Below, piece by piece: positions 46,570 through 54,824 of a stretch of 64,000 bases of DNA. The DNA is taken from contig JALUUL010000052.1 of the NCBI GenBank assembly GCA_027021385.1, positions 19,567-83,566 on the forward strand, given 5' to 3'. The position numbers were made by a program, and so were the translations under genes. The notes under the pieces were generated by a model, which saw only the letters and a program-made list of their open reading frames with translations, was not told where the DNA came from and ran no database searches. This DNA comes from Planctomycetota bacterium (GTDB taxonomy: Bacteria > Planctomycetota > UBA1135 > GCA-002748355). Position 1 is the stretch's first letter, and every line of letters starts with the position of its first letter.

Positions 46570-47652
46570 TCAGGAGCGGGGCTCGAGTTCGACCCAGACC
46601 TTCGCCTCGGTGCCGTCCTTCTTGCGGAAGGTCAACTCGACGAGGTCGCCGGCCACGTGCCGGCCGATCTGGTCCTGGACGTGCATCGCGTTGCGCGAGG
46701 GCTCCCCGTCGACCTCGAGGAGGAGATCCCCCTTCGACAGGCGCGCGTGGTGGGCGGGCGTCCCGCGCTGCACGCTGAGGATCCTCGCGCCCGGACCGAG
46801 AAAGGAGGGGTCCATCCGGAGCCCGACGAGGCCGCGCCGGAAGACCTTCCCCTCTCTCATCCCCTCGAGGATCGGATCGAGGCCGTCCAGCGGCACGGCG
46901 AATCCGATGCCGGAGTCGTACCAGTCCGCACCCGCCATGTCCCCCTTCGGGGAGAGCGGAACGACGAGGCCGAGCACCCTCCCCTCGATGTCGATCAACG
47001 GCCCCCCGTAATTCGCGGGCGATGTGTAGGCGTCACACTGGATCGCCTTCCCCTGGATCCGATCCAGCGCGGAGAGGATGCCGCAGTGCGCGGTCGGGAC
47101 CCTCGGACCGAAGGAGCGGCCGAGGGCGGCCACCCATTGGCCGACCCTCATTTCGGATCGCGGAACGATCGGGGGCGGCGTGAGATCCCGGGCCCCGATG
47201 CGGAGCAGCGCGATCCCCCTCGTGCGGTCCTCGCCCTTCCGCTCGGCCGTGAACTTCCGGCCGTCGGGAAGGGTCACGATGATCGTGCTCGGGTTCCAGT
47301 TGAGGACGAAGCGGGTCGTCAGGATCCAACCTTCCCGCCCGACGACCAAGCCGGTGCTCGTCCCCTGGGCCTGCAGGAAGCCGGGGATCTTCAGGGGGCC
47401 GAGCCCCTTCTTCGGGGACGGCTTGGGCTTTCGCTTCCCGTCTCCGGATCCGACGGTGCTCCGCCGGGTTCCACCGAAGGTCTCGACCGCCACGACGTAG
47501 GGGGCGGCCTTCCGGACGGCCTCCTCGAGGACCCTGCTCAAGAGGACCGCCTCGGGTTCGCCGCCGCCTCCTTCCGTCTGCGCGGCCGCGGGAGGAAGCC
47601 CCGAGAACAGGAGGGCGGCTGCGCAGAGCCCCATCGCGCGGAAAGCCCTCAT
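46570..47652 (-). CDS. HtrA/DegP-like trypsin-fold + PDZ protein with all three catalytic residues substituted (predicted pseudoprotease)
   Basis: A signal peptide is present. The fold motifs are kept but the His box reads ILTTRFV, the Asp box reads RGIALLRI and the Ser box reads SPANYGGPL. The PDZ is GARILSVQRGTPAHHARLSKGDLLLEVDG. The ATG overlaps the upstream stop (ATGA). Confidence 0.8.
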   Translation of the reverse strand: MRAFRAMGLCAAALLFSGLPPAAAQTEGGGGEPEAVLLSRVLEEAVRKAAPYVVAVETFGGTRRSTVGSGDGKRKPKPSPKKGLGPLKIPGFLQAQGTSTGLVVGREGWILTTRFVLNWNPSTIIVTLPDGRKFTAERKGEDRTRGIALLRIGARDLTPPPIVPRSEMRVGQWVAALGRSFGPRVPTAHCGILSALDRIQGKAIQCDAYTSPANYGGPLIDIEGRVLGLVVPLSPKGDMAGADWYDSGIGFAVPLDGLDPILEGMREGKVFRRGLVGLRMDPSFLGPGARILSVQRGTPAHHARLSKGDLLLEVDGEPSRNAMHVQDQIGRHVAGDLVELTFRKKDGTEAKVWVELEPRS

Positions 47653-50585
47653 CTCCGGTCCTCCGTCAGCTTCATCGAAACCTTCATCACCCTAGCCCCC
47701 CTCTTGAAGGTCACGTCGACGCTCGTCCCGGGAGCATAATGCCGGAGGACCCGCCGGAACTCCGCGCAGGTGCGGACCGGAAAATCATCGATACGAACGA
47801 TCAGGTCGTCGGGTCTGAGGCCCGCCTCCCGGGCCGGGGACCTGGGCAGGACGCGGTCGATGTAGGCGGGCGGCGATCTGCGCCTCCCCGTATCGAAGAG
47901 GACGATCCCGTGGAAGACCTTCCCGTGCGCTTCCCGATCCCGCCTCCCCTCCTCGATCCTACGGGCGAGTTTCTTGTCGCCGAGACACCAGGCGACGAAG
48001 GAGGAGAGGGCGTGGGAGGGGATCGCGAGGAAGAGCTGGGTGTTCGTCTCGCGGGACTCGACGAGCGGCGCAAGAAGACCGAGGAGCCGGCCGTCCTGGG
48101 TAAAGACCCCGCCGCCCTGGGTGCCCGGGTTCGAAGGCGCATCGAGAAGGTAGACCCGCCCCTTGTAGGGGAAGTTCCGCAGGTTCAACCTGAGATCCGA
48201 ACTGACGACCCCGACGACGACGCCCATCGTCACCGACAGGCGCTCCTCGAATTCGGCGAGTTTGTTCGCGTTGCCGATCGAGAACACGAAGGTCCCCGTT
48301 GGAGCGAAGCCCTCCTTCTCCGGGAAGGAGAGCGGTTCGAGCAGCGATTCCTTCCCGCGGGGATCGATCTTCAGCATCGCGACGCCGAGCTCCTCCTGCT
48401 TTCGGACGATCCGCGCCTCATGCACCGAACCGTCGCGGAGCGTGACCTTGATCTGTCCCGGCTGCAGCATGATGTGGTTCCAGGTCAGGATGTGCCCCTC
48501 CTTGCTGCAGACGAGCCCGGTGCCGTAGCCCTCGATCCCGCGCACCCCGCTCGCCCCGTTGATCTTCACGACCGAAGAGAAGAGCGGATCGAGGCGGGCC
48601 TCGACGGAGGCCTTCGGGAGGGGCTTCGGCGCCTCCCGGAAGGCCCGGAAGACGGGCGCGTCGCCCTGCTCGGGAAACTGCAGGATCTCCACGAGCCTCC
48701 CGTCGATCCGCTTCTCCGCGATCTCGGGCCGCATCTCGGCCCCCTTCCTCCTCCAGGACCGGACCTGCCACTCGACGAGACCCCGTTCCGCCGGACTCCG
48801 GTAGCGGCAACCGACCGGAACGAAGGTCTCCTGGTCGAGATACACCGCGCGTTTCCCCGGTCCCCGGAGCGCGAGGACCCAGACGACCCCCTTCCCGATC
48901 CAGGCGCCCCCCTCGAGCCATGAATCCTCGAGGGCCTCGAGGGCCCGGTCCGGCCTCAGGAAGGGAACGAGGTCGCGTTCCCGCTCGAGGCTCGTGCGTT
49001 CGTCCACCTCGTCCGGGTCGAGAGCGGAGAGATCCCGGACCTTCCCTCCCCCCTCGTAGCGGAGGGAATCCCCCTCGAGAAGATACCGGCGCTCCCCGAG
49101 AGGACGCCGGAGCCCCTTGCGCACCCGGAGCACCTCGACCGCGAACCTCCGTCCCTTCGAGGGATCATAAGGAGGAAGGGTTCCCTTCAGCCGGCTCCGG
49201 AGTTCGGCCACGACCCCGTCCATGAAGTCGAACAGCGCGCGTTCGCGGACGAGGTCGCGGGGCGGTTTCTCGTCACTCCCCTTGACCTTGACCTTGCCGC
49301 GCCATTCCTTCGGAATCCGGCGGCGCCAGTCGCGGGGCAGCCCCTTCTCCCACTCCTTCGGAAGTTTGCGGCCCTTCGGCACGAGGAGATCGGCAAGGGT
49401 CAGCTTTTTGGCCTTCTTCCGCGCGGCCCGCGCCTTCTGTTCGGCGAGGAGACGCTCGAAGTCCGGACGCTTCCGGAAATCGGGGACATTGGGCCGGTCG
49501 TTCCGCTTCGAGCCCGTATCCAGGGGAGCCAGCGGGAAGCGCGCGAACCGTACCGGCCCGTAGGAGCGCGTCCGTTCGAGGAAACGGCGGAACCCGAGTT
49601 CGACGATGAAACCCGCGGGCATCGAGCCGACCTGCTTCCCGAGCTGATTCGCGGTGCGGATCGGGTCCCCGTTGAAGGAGACGAGCATGTCGCCGAGACG
49701 GACCCCGTGTTTCGCCGCGATCGAATCCTCGAGGATGCCCTGCACGAAGACCCCCATCCTCCCGCGGCCGAGGTTCGGGTCCTCCATGTACCACGCGTTC
49801 AGGTCCATCGTTCCGTGCTCGGCGTGTTTCCCCGCGAGCAGATCCGGCAGGAAGCGCCGGATCTGGTTGATGCTTACCGCGAAGCCGATTCCGGTATTGA
49901 CCCGCCCTCGATCCCGGATCGTGATCCTCCCGTTGATGCCGACGAGGAGTCCGTTCTCGTCGAAGAGAGGTCCGCCCGAATTCCCCGGGTTCACGGGAGC
50001 GTCCACCTGGATGCAGTCGGGGTAGACCAGCATGCGGCCGTTCGGCCCCGTCCCCTTCTGGAACCTGTGGATGCCCGAGATCACCCCCATCGTCACGGTC
50101 GGTTTGAAATCGGTGGCCAGCAGGAAGGGATTCCCCATCGCGTAGGCGAAACCGCCGAGCCTGAGCTTGTCGCTATCGCCGAGCCGGACGGAAGGCCAGA
50201 GCCCCCCCTCGAGGGGACCCTTCCCCCGGAGCGCGCAGACGGAGATGTCCCCCCCGGGATCGATCCCGACGACATCGGCCAGATAGAACTTCCCGTCCGG
50301 AAGGCCGATCTTCATGACCTTGTTCCTCCCGGTCACGTGGAAGTTCGTCAGGATCCATCCCCTCGGATGGAAGACGACCCCCGATCCGCCGCCGGGGCGA
50401 CTCAGGCTCATGACGGCGCAGACCGCGGGGGAGACCTTCGCGATCAAGGCGGCCCTCTTCTCCTGCAGGAGCTTCAAGCGGGCGAGAGCCCCGTCGCCGC
50501 CTTGTATGGAGCCCGCCGGAAGGGAGGGGCAGAACAGGAGGAGCGGGAGGAGGAATCTCCCCGCCGGTTCGCATCGGCTCAGCAT
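47649..50585 (-). CDS. Tandem HtrA-like protein (979 aa): active trypsin domain-PDZ, long linker, degenerate trypsin domain-PDZ
   Basis: Domain 1 reads ILTNFHV / GGDISVCAL / NPGNSGGPLF (intact H-D-S). Domain 2 reads ILTWNHI / ELGVAMLKI / NPGTQGGGVF (Ser to Gln, Asp to Glu). The two PDZ-like segments are LGDMLVSFNGDPI and LRPDDLIVRIDDFPV. The start at 50585 (MLSRCEPAGRFLLPLLLF) is preferred over the tracked 50939. Confidence 0.85.
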   Translation of the reverse strand: MLSRCEPAGRFLLPLLLFCPSLPAGSIQGGDGALARLKLLQEKRAALIAKVSPAVCAVMSLSRPGGGSGVVFHPRGWILTNFHVTGRNKVMKIGLPDGKFYLADVVGIDPGGDISVCALRGKGPLEGGLWPSVRLGDSDKLRLGGFAYAMGNPFLLATDFKPTVTMGVISGIHRFQKGTGPNGRMLVYPDCIQVDAPVNPGNSGGPLFDENGLLVGINGRITIRDRGRVNTGIGFAVSINQIRRFLPDLLAGKHAEHGTMDLNAWYMEDPNLGRGRMGVFVQGILEDSIAAKHGVRLGDMLVSFNGDPIRTANQLGKQVGSMPAGFIVELGFRRFLERTRSYGPVRFARFPLAPLDTGSKRNDRPNVPDFRKRPDFERLLAEQKARAARKKAKKLTLADLLVPKGRKLPKEWEKGLPRDWRRRIPKEWRGKVKVKGSDEKPPRDLVRERALFDFMDGVVAELRSRLKGTLPPYDPSKGRRFAVEVLRVRKGLRRPLGERRYLLEGDSLRYEGGGKVRDLSALDPDEVDERTSLERERDLVPFLRPDRALEALEDSWLEGGAWIGKGVVWVLALRGPGKRAVYLDQETFVPVGCRYRSPAERGLVEWQVRSWRRKGAEMRPEIAEKRIDGRLVEILQFPEQGDAPVFRAFREAPKPLPKASVEARLDPLFSSVVKINGASGVRGIEGYGTGLVCSKEGHILTWNHIMLQPGQIKVTLRDGSVHEARIVRKQEELGVAMLKIDPRGKESLLEPLSFPEKEGFAPTGTFVFSIGNANKLAEFEERLSVTMGVVVGVVSSDLRLNLRNFPYKGRVYLLDAPSNPGTQGGGVFTQDGRLLGLLAPLVESRETNTQLFLAIPSHALSSFVAWCLGDKKLARRIEEGRRDREAHGKVFHGIVLFDTGRRRSPPAYIDRVLPRSPAREAGLRPDDLIVRIDDFPVRTCAEFRRVLRHYAPGTSVDVTFKRGARVMKVSMKLTEDRR

Positions 50586-50613
50586 CGGAGGTTTCCGGTT
50601 TCGAGGAAGGGTA

Positions 50614-51867
50614 TCAACCTTGGAGGCAGAGACGCGGATCCCCGAGCACGACCTGGGACCCCGCGTCGAGATCCGTTCCGCATTCGAAGACCAGTTCCAG
50701 CGTGCCGATCCCGTCGATCGGGACCTCGAGTTCGACGGGGCCCCGTTCCTGGTCGAGAATCCGGGGGGGAAGGAGGTCCCCGCCGTCCCCGAGCAGGCGG
50801 AAGCGGACCCCGCCGAAGCGGGAAGGAACGAGTCCGAGGGTCGCGCGGAGGACGCCTTTCTTTCCCGCGACCGACACGCGGATCCTGCGCGGGGGGACGA
50901 GCCAGAAGCCGTGCCGGAAGACCCGCCGGCCCAGAGCAAGCGGCGCCCCTCCAGGTCCCCGATCCCGGAAGAGAGGCCAGGTCCTCGTCAGGGCCGCCCC
51001 TCCCTCGGTCTCGAAGCCGGGAAGGTCGCCGAGGAAACGGAGCTTCGGACCGGCCAGCTCCACGTCCCTCGAGAGGTTCACCGGAACCCGGAACTCGAGT
51101 CCTTCCAGACTGCGGAACCTCCAACCCCGCGCCGAATCTCCCTCGAGGAGGCGGCCGCGGAGGATCCTCCCGTCGCTCAGGGTCAGGAGATCGGGGGGGG
51201 AATCCGGATCCGGAACGGCTTCGAGACCGCTGCTCTCCGCGAAGACGAGCCCGTAGATCCGGGCCAGAGGGAGCGACCGCTCCCGCCCTCCGATCTCGAG
51301 GAGGATCTCCGCGCCCTTCCCGCCCAGCACCTTGCAGGGGATCCTCTTGACCCTCGGCTTTCCGCCGTCCGAAGTCTTCGCGTCCCCGCCCTCCGCCAGG
51401 TAGAAGCAGAGATCCTCCTTCAATGGAGGGTCCGCGAGCGCCTTCCGGAAACCCGCGTCCTCGGTCAAGGGGCCCTCGGGCCTGCACAGCAGGCCCTCCA
51501 GGAAACGGAGCGGGACCTCCTGAGCCTTGCCGAGGAGGTCGGGTTCGAAACGGAGGAAGCCCCTGCCGCCCCCGCGGAGGCGGGCCGAGACCTCGAGGCC
51601 GCCCCGGAGCCGGTAGAAGGGCCCCGCGTCCGGGTTCGGGAGGCTCCGGATCCGGGTCCGCCCCCGGAGGACCCAGCAATCCTCCCGGGGAAGGACAGTC
51701 TCGACCCCGAGGGCGAGCCCCTTCAAGCGCCCTTCCCGCAGACTCCACTCGGTGAGAACCCGGGCGCGGCCTTCGAGATCAAGTACCGAGAGCCCGCCTT
51801 CCTGGGCGGAGGCGTCCGTCGCCGGAAGGAACAGCGGAAAGAAGAGGAAGAGAACGGACCCGCGCAT
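50614..51867 (-). CDS. Secreted protein with C-terminal NPCBM/NEW2-like domain (418 aa)
   Basis: The signal peptide is MRGSVLFLFFPLFLPATDASAQ. The C-terminal pattern is FLGDLPGFETEGG...GRRVFRHGFWLVPP...VRFRLLGDGGDLL...GTLELVFECGTDLDAGSQVVLGDPRL. The ATG shares 1 nt with the upstream stop. Confidence 0.6.
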   Translation of the reverse strand: MRGSVLFLFFPLFLPATDASAQEGGLSVLDLEGRARVLTEWSLREGRLKGLALGVETVLPREDCWVLRGRTRIRSLPNPDAGPFYRLRGGLEVSARLRGGGRGFLRFEPDLLGKAQEVPLRFLEGLLCRPEGPLTEDAGFRKALADPPLKEDLCFYLAEGGDAKTSDGGKPRVKRIPCKVLGGKGAEILLEIGGRERSLPLARIYGLVFAESSGLEAVPDPDSPPDLLTLSDGRILRGRLLEGDSARGWRFRSLEGLEFRVPVNLSRDVELAGPKLRFLGDLPGFETEGGAALTRTWPLFRDRGPGGAPLALGRRVFRHGFWLVPPRRIRVSVAGKKGVLRATLGLVPSRFGGVRFRLLGDGGDLLPPRILDQERGPVELEVPIDGIGTLELVFECGTDLDAGSQVVLGDPRLCLQG

Positions 51868-52898
51868 CAACGCCGCGACCGGTTGACCTTCTTGTAATAA
51901 TTCTCGAGAAGGACCCTGTAGCGCTCCGGCAACTTGGCCTGGATCTCGTTCAGGATCTTCTCCCGGTCCCGGTCCTTCATCTCGCCCCATTTGTCCTTGA
52001 CTCCCCGGGAGCCGTGCAACTGCCCGACCCGGCCCTTCCCCGCGCTCAACTGGGAATTGCTGGCCGGACCCTTGGAGGGTCCGTTCCCTCTGGGTGGGCC
52101 GCCTCCCTGCTGCTGCTCCTGCTCCTCGAGCTGCTTGATCAGTTTCGTCAGCTTCTCGACGATCTCGAGCTGCTTGGTCTCGACCTGCTTTCCGGTCTGT
52201 TCCTTCCGGAGTTTCCGCTCGCAGTACTTCATCTCGTCCGCGATCGCGTGCAGCGGACTGTCCCATTGGGCCTCGAGTTCGTCCAGAAGCTGTCGGGCGT
52301 TGGCCCGATAGCGTTCGGGGGCCTCCCCGTAGAGTTCGAGGAATGCTCGGAGGTTCGCGATCGCCCGGGCAGCGTCCGGAATCAAGGAGAACGAATAGCC
52401 GAGGTAGAAGGCGGCCTCCCCGTCGAGCAGGGAACGCCCCCGGTCCTCCCGGATGAACTCCGCGAAGAGGCTCGCCGCCCCTTCCGGGTCGTCCTCGTCG
52501 AGGAGGGCCTTCGCGAGGAAGAAGCGCGCATGCGCGCGGATCCACGGATCCTCCGTCGAGGCCAGGACGCGTGCCAGGAGAAGGACCCCCTTCGGCTCCC
52601 CGTCCTCGACCTTCGCCATCGCCCGCCGGTAGGGCGCATGGAATGCCCGGATCGCCCGGTCCGTGACGCGGGAATCGGGCCCGGCCTTCCAGTCCTCCTC
52701 GAAGACCCGCAGGACCTCTCCGGAGGCCTTCTGTTTCTTCAGCCAGGCCAGGAAGTCCTCCGCGCGGAAACGGGGAGTCTCCTTCGCGACGGCCTTCCCT
52801 TCCTGAGCCCTCGGGGAAGTTCCGGAACCGTCTCCGGCCCCCTGGGCCGGAAGCGGGAGAGCGAAAAGAAGCAGGATCGTGCAGACCGTTCGGATCAT
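51867..52898 (-). CDS. Secreted helical-repeat (TPR-like) protein with charged C-terminal tail (343 aa)
   Basis: The signal peptide is MIRTVCTILLLFALPLPAQG. Helical repeats are visible (HARFFLAKALLDEDDPEGAASLFAEFI, AAFYLGYSF). The tail is Gln/Glu/Lys-rich. The start overlaps the upstream stop (ATGA). Confidence 0.6.
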   Translation of the reverse strand: MIRTVCTILLLFALPLPAQGAGDGSGTSPRAQEGKAVAKETPRFRAEDFLAWLKKQKASGEVLRVFEEDWKAGPDSRVTDRAIRAFHAPYRRAMAKVEDGEPKGVLLLARVLASTEDPWIRAHARFFLAKALLDEDDPEGAASLFAEFIREDRGRSLLDGEAAFYLGYSFSLIPDAARAIANLRAFLELYGEAPERYRANARQLLDELEAQWDSPLHAIADEMKYCERKLRKEQTGKQVETKQLEIVEKLTKLIKQLEEQEQQQGGGPPRGNGPSKGPASNSQLSAGKGRVGQLHGSRGVKDKWGEMKDRDREKILNEIQAKLPERYRVLLENYYKKVNRSRR

Positions 52899-54820
52899 TT
52901 TCCGTCACCTCCGTCCCCGTCGCCCTCCTCCTTCTGGAGCTTGTCGGCGAGCTTTCGGGTCAGGTTCTCGACCTTCCCCTCCTGTTTCGCGGCCCGGTCC
53001 GCGAGGTTCTTGCGGACCTTCGATCCCTTCTTCATGCGATCGAGGATCTTCGTCTTCTTGTTCACGGACTTCTGGAGAGTCCGGAGCATCCGGAGTTCCG
53101 CCGAGAGCGGGACCAGGGATTGGTCCTGGTCGTCGCAATTCGAGTTCTGGTTCTCGTTTTCCTTGTACTCGATCGTCCGGGTCAGGGCGTCGAGGAGATC
53201 TGCGAGCATCCGCTCGATCTCCTTCTGGTATTCCTGGACGGCCTTCCCGGTCTCGTAGCCCTCGACCAGTCTCCCGACCTGTCCCAGCTCCCCGGCGAGT
53301 TCTCCGACGATCTCCGGGAACACGGCGGTCGACCCCTCCTCCTTCAACAGGGCGAGAGCATCCTTGGCCTCGTCGCGAAGCATGAACTCGCCTTCTGCGA
53401 TCTTCGCGCAGGCGGCCTTGACGGAGGAGGGAACGATCCCCTTCTTTGCCAGAGCCTCGGCCCGCCCGCGCCTCTTCTCGGTCAGCGCGGTACGGAGAGT
53501 CAGTTCCTTCTGCCTGGCGAGCATCGCGGAGAATCGCTCCTCGAGGGCCTTGAGGACCTCCTCCTGCAACTCCTGGCGGAGTTGGGCCAGGGCATCCTCA
53601 AGCTTCTTCTTGGCCTCGTCGAGGTCGTCCTCCGCATCCTTCTGATCGTTCTTGGCCTTCCCGGGTTCACGTTTCTTCAGGGACCCCGCGGCGTTCCTCT
53701 GCTTCGGAACCGCCTGCTCGAGGTTCTTCCGCCCGGGGATTGGTTCGCCCTCCGAGCCTTCCCCGCCCTCCGAGGTCTCCGCCTTCTCCATCTCCTCGGC
53801 GAGGTCGTCGGTCTTCTTCATCGTCTCGAGCTGGGCCCTCTCGAACTGTTCGAAGGGGATCTCCCGAAGGCGCCGCCGCGCCACCTCGGCCATCTCCTCG
53901 AGGGCCTCCCGGGCCTTCTTCATCTCGTCCAGGGCGTCCTCCTGGTCGTCGAGGGCGGCCTCCGGGGCGTTCGCCCCGAGCTTGGTCCCCGCGTTGTCCA
54001 TGGATTCCGCGGCCTTCCCCATCGCGGCCCCGGCGGCCCCCGTTCCCTCTCCTGCGGCTCCGGGCTTCCCGGAACCCTCCTCCTCGGAAAGTTCCCGCGC
54101 CTCGGACTCGATCTCGGTCAGTTCGGCCTCGAGATCCTCCGCCCGCCTCCCCAGGTCGCTCTGCCGCTCCGCCAGGTCACGGTTTCCGGGACCCTTCCTC
54201 GGCTGGTTCCTCGTCCGTTCGAGAAGATCCTTCTGCTTCGCGACGAGGTCGTCGATCTTCTTCTTGGCCTTCGCGATGTCCGCGAGATGCTTGCGGATCG
54301 CCTCCGCCTTCACACTGGCCTCTTTCTCGGCGCGTTGCTCGGCGAGGAGGTTCTCGACCTCGTCCTTGAACTTCTCGAGCTTCTCGATCCTCTCCATCAA
54401 CTCCCGGAGATCCACGTCCCGGTCGAGGAGGAGTTGGAGGAGTTCGTCGAGGTTCCTGCGGACCCCGTCCATCGTGCGGATCGCCTCGTCCCAGGCCTTG
54501 TCCTCGAGAAGGGAGGCGACCTCCGCCATCCTCTTCTCGATTCCGGCCTCGGCCATGTACCGCAGACCCGCCTGGATGCGCTTGGCCTTGTCGGGCTCGC
54601 GCTCCGCCATCTCCTCCTTGAGCTGGCGCATCGTGTTCTGGAGCTCCTTGAACTTGGCGAAGGCTTTCCGTTGGAGCGAGGCAGGATCCTGGACGCTCTT
54701 CTCCTGCCACACCCGCGGAGGAGAGGGAATCCGCGGGGAGGTGGCAGCCGTGCCGTCGCAGAGGAACAGGTGCAGCAGGACTCCGAGCGACCCCGCCTTC
54801 CGCAATCCGAGTCTCGACAT
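52895..54820 (-). CDS. Long coiled-coil protein (642 aa) with N-terminal signal/anchor
   Basis: After MSRLGLRKAGSLGVLLHLFLC, nearly the whole sequence has E/K/A/L/R heptad-like composition (KELQNTMRQLKEEMAEREPDKAKR..., KKKIDDLVAKQKDLLERT..., KKLEDALAQLRQELQEEVLKALEE...). The tracked start at 54931 would overlap the upstream gene. Confidence 0.7.
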   Translation of the reverse strand: MSRLGLRKAGSLGVLLHLFLCDGTAATSPRIPSPPRVWQEKSVQDPASLQRKAFAKFKELQNTMRQLKEEMAEREPDKAKRIQAGLRYMAEAGIEKRMAEVASLLEDKAWDEAIRTMDGVRRNLDELLQLLLDRDVDLRELMERIEKLEKFKDEVENLLAEQRAEKEASVKAEAIRKHLADIAKAKKKIDDLVAKQKDLLERTRNQPRKGPGNRDLAERQSDLGRRAEDLEAELTEIESEARELSEEEGSGKPGAAGEGTGAAGAAMGKAAESMDNAGTKLGANAPEAALDDQEDALDEMKKAREALEEMAEVARRRLREIPFEQFERAQLETMKKTDDLAEEMEKAETSEGGEGSEGEPIPGRKNLEQAVPKQRNAAGSLKKREPGKAKNDQKDAEDDLDEAKKKLEDALAQLRQELQEEVLKALEERFSAMLARQKELTLRTALTEKRRGRAEALAKKGIVPSSVKAACAKIAEGEFMLRDEAKDALALLKEEGSTAVFPEIVGELAGELGQVGRLVEGYETGKAVQEYQKEIERMLADLLDALTRTIEYKENENQNSNCDDQDQSLVPLSAELRMLRTLQKSVNKKTKILDRMKKGSKVRKNLADRAAKQEGKVENLTRKLADKLQKEEGDGDGGDGK

Positions 54821-54824
54821 CGTC

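Noticed and set aside
49707-51897. ORFs 49707..51350 (+), 50314..51897 (+), 50579..51748 (-), and the N-terminal extensions of the protease (to 50939) and NPCBM-like (to 52908) ORFs.
   Set aside because: They are Arg/Pro/Gly/Ser-rich shadows. Internal starts with signal peptides fit the coupled operon structure.
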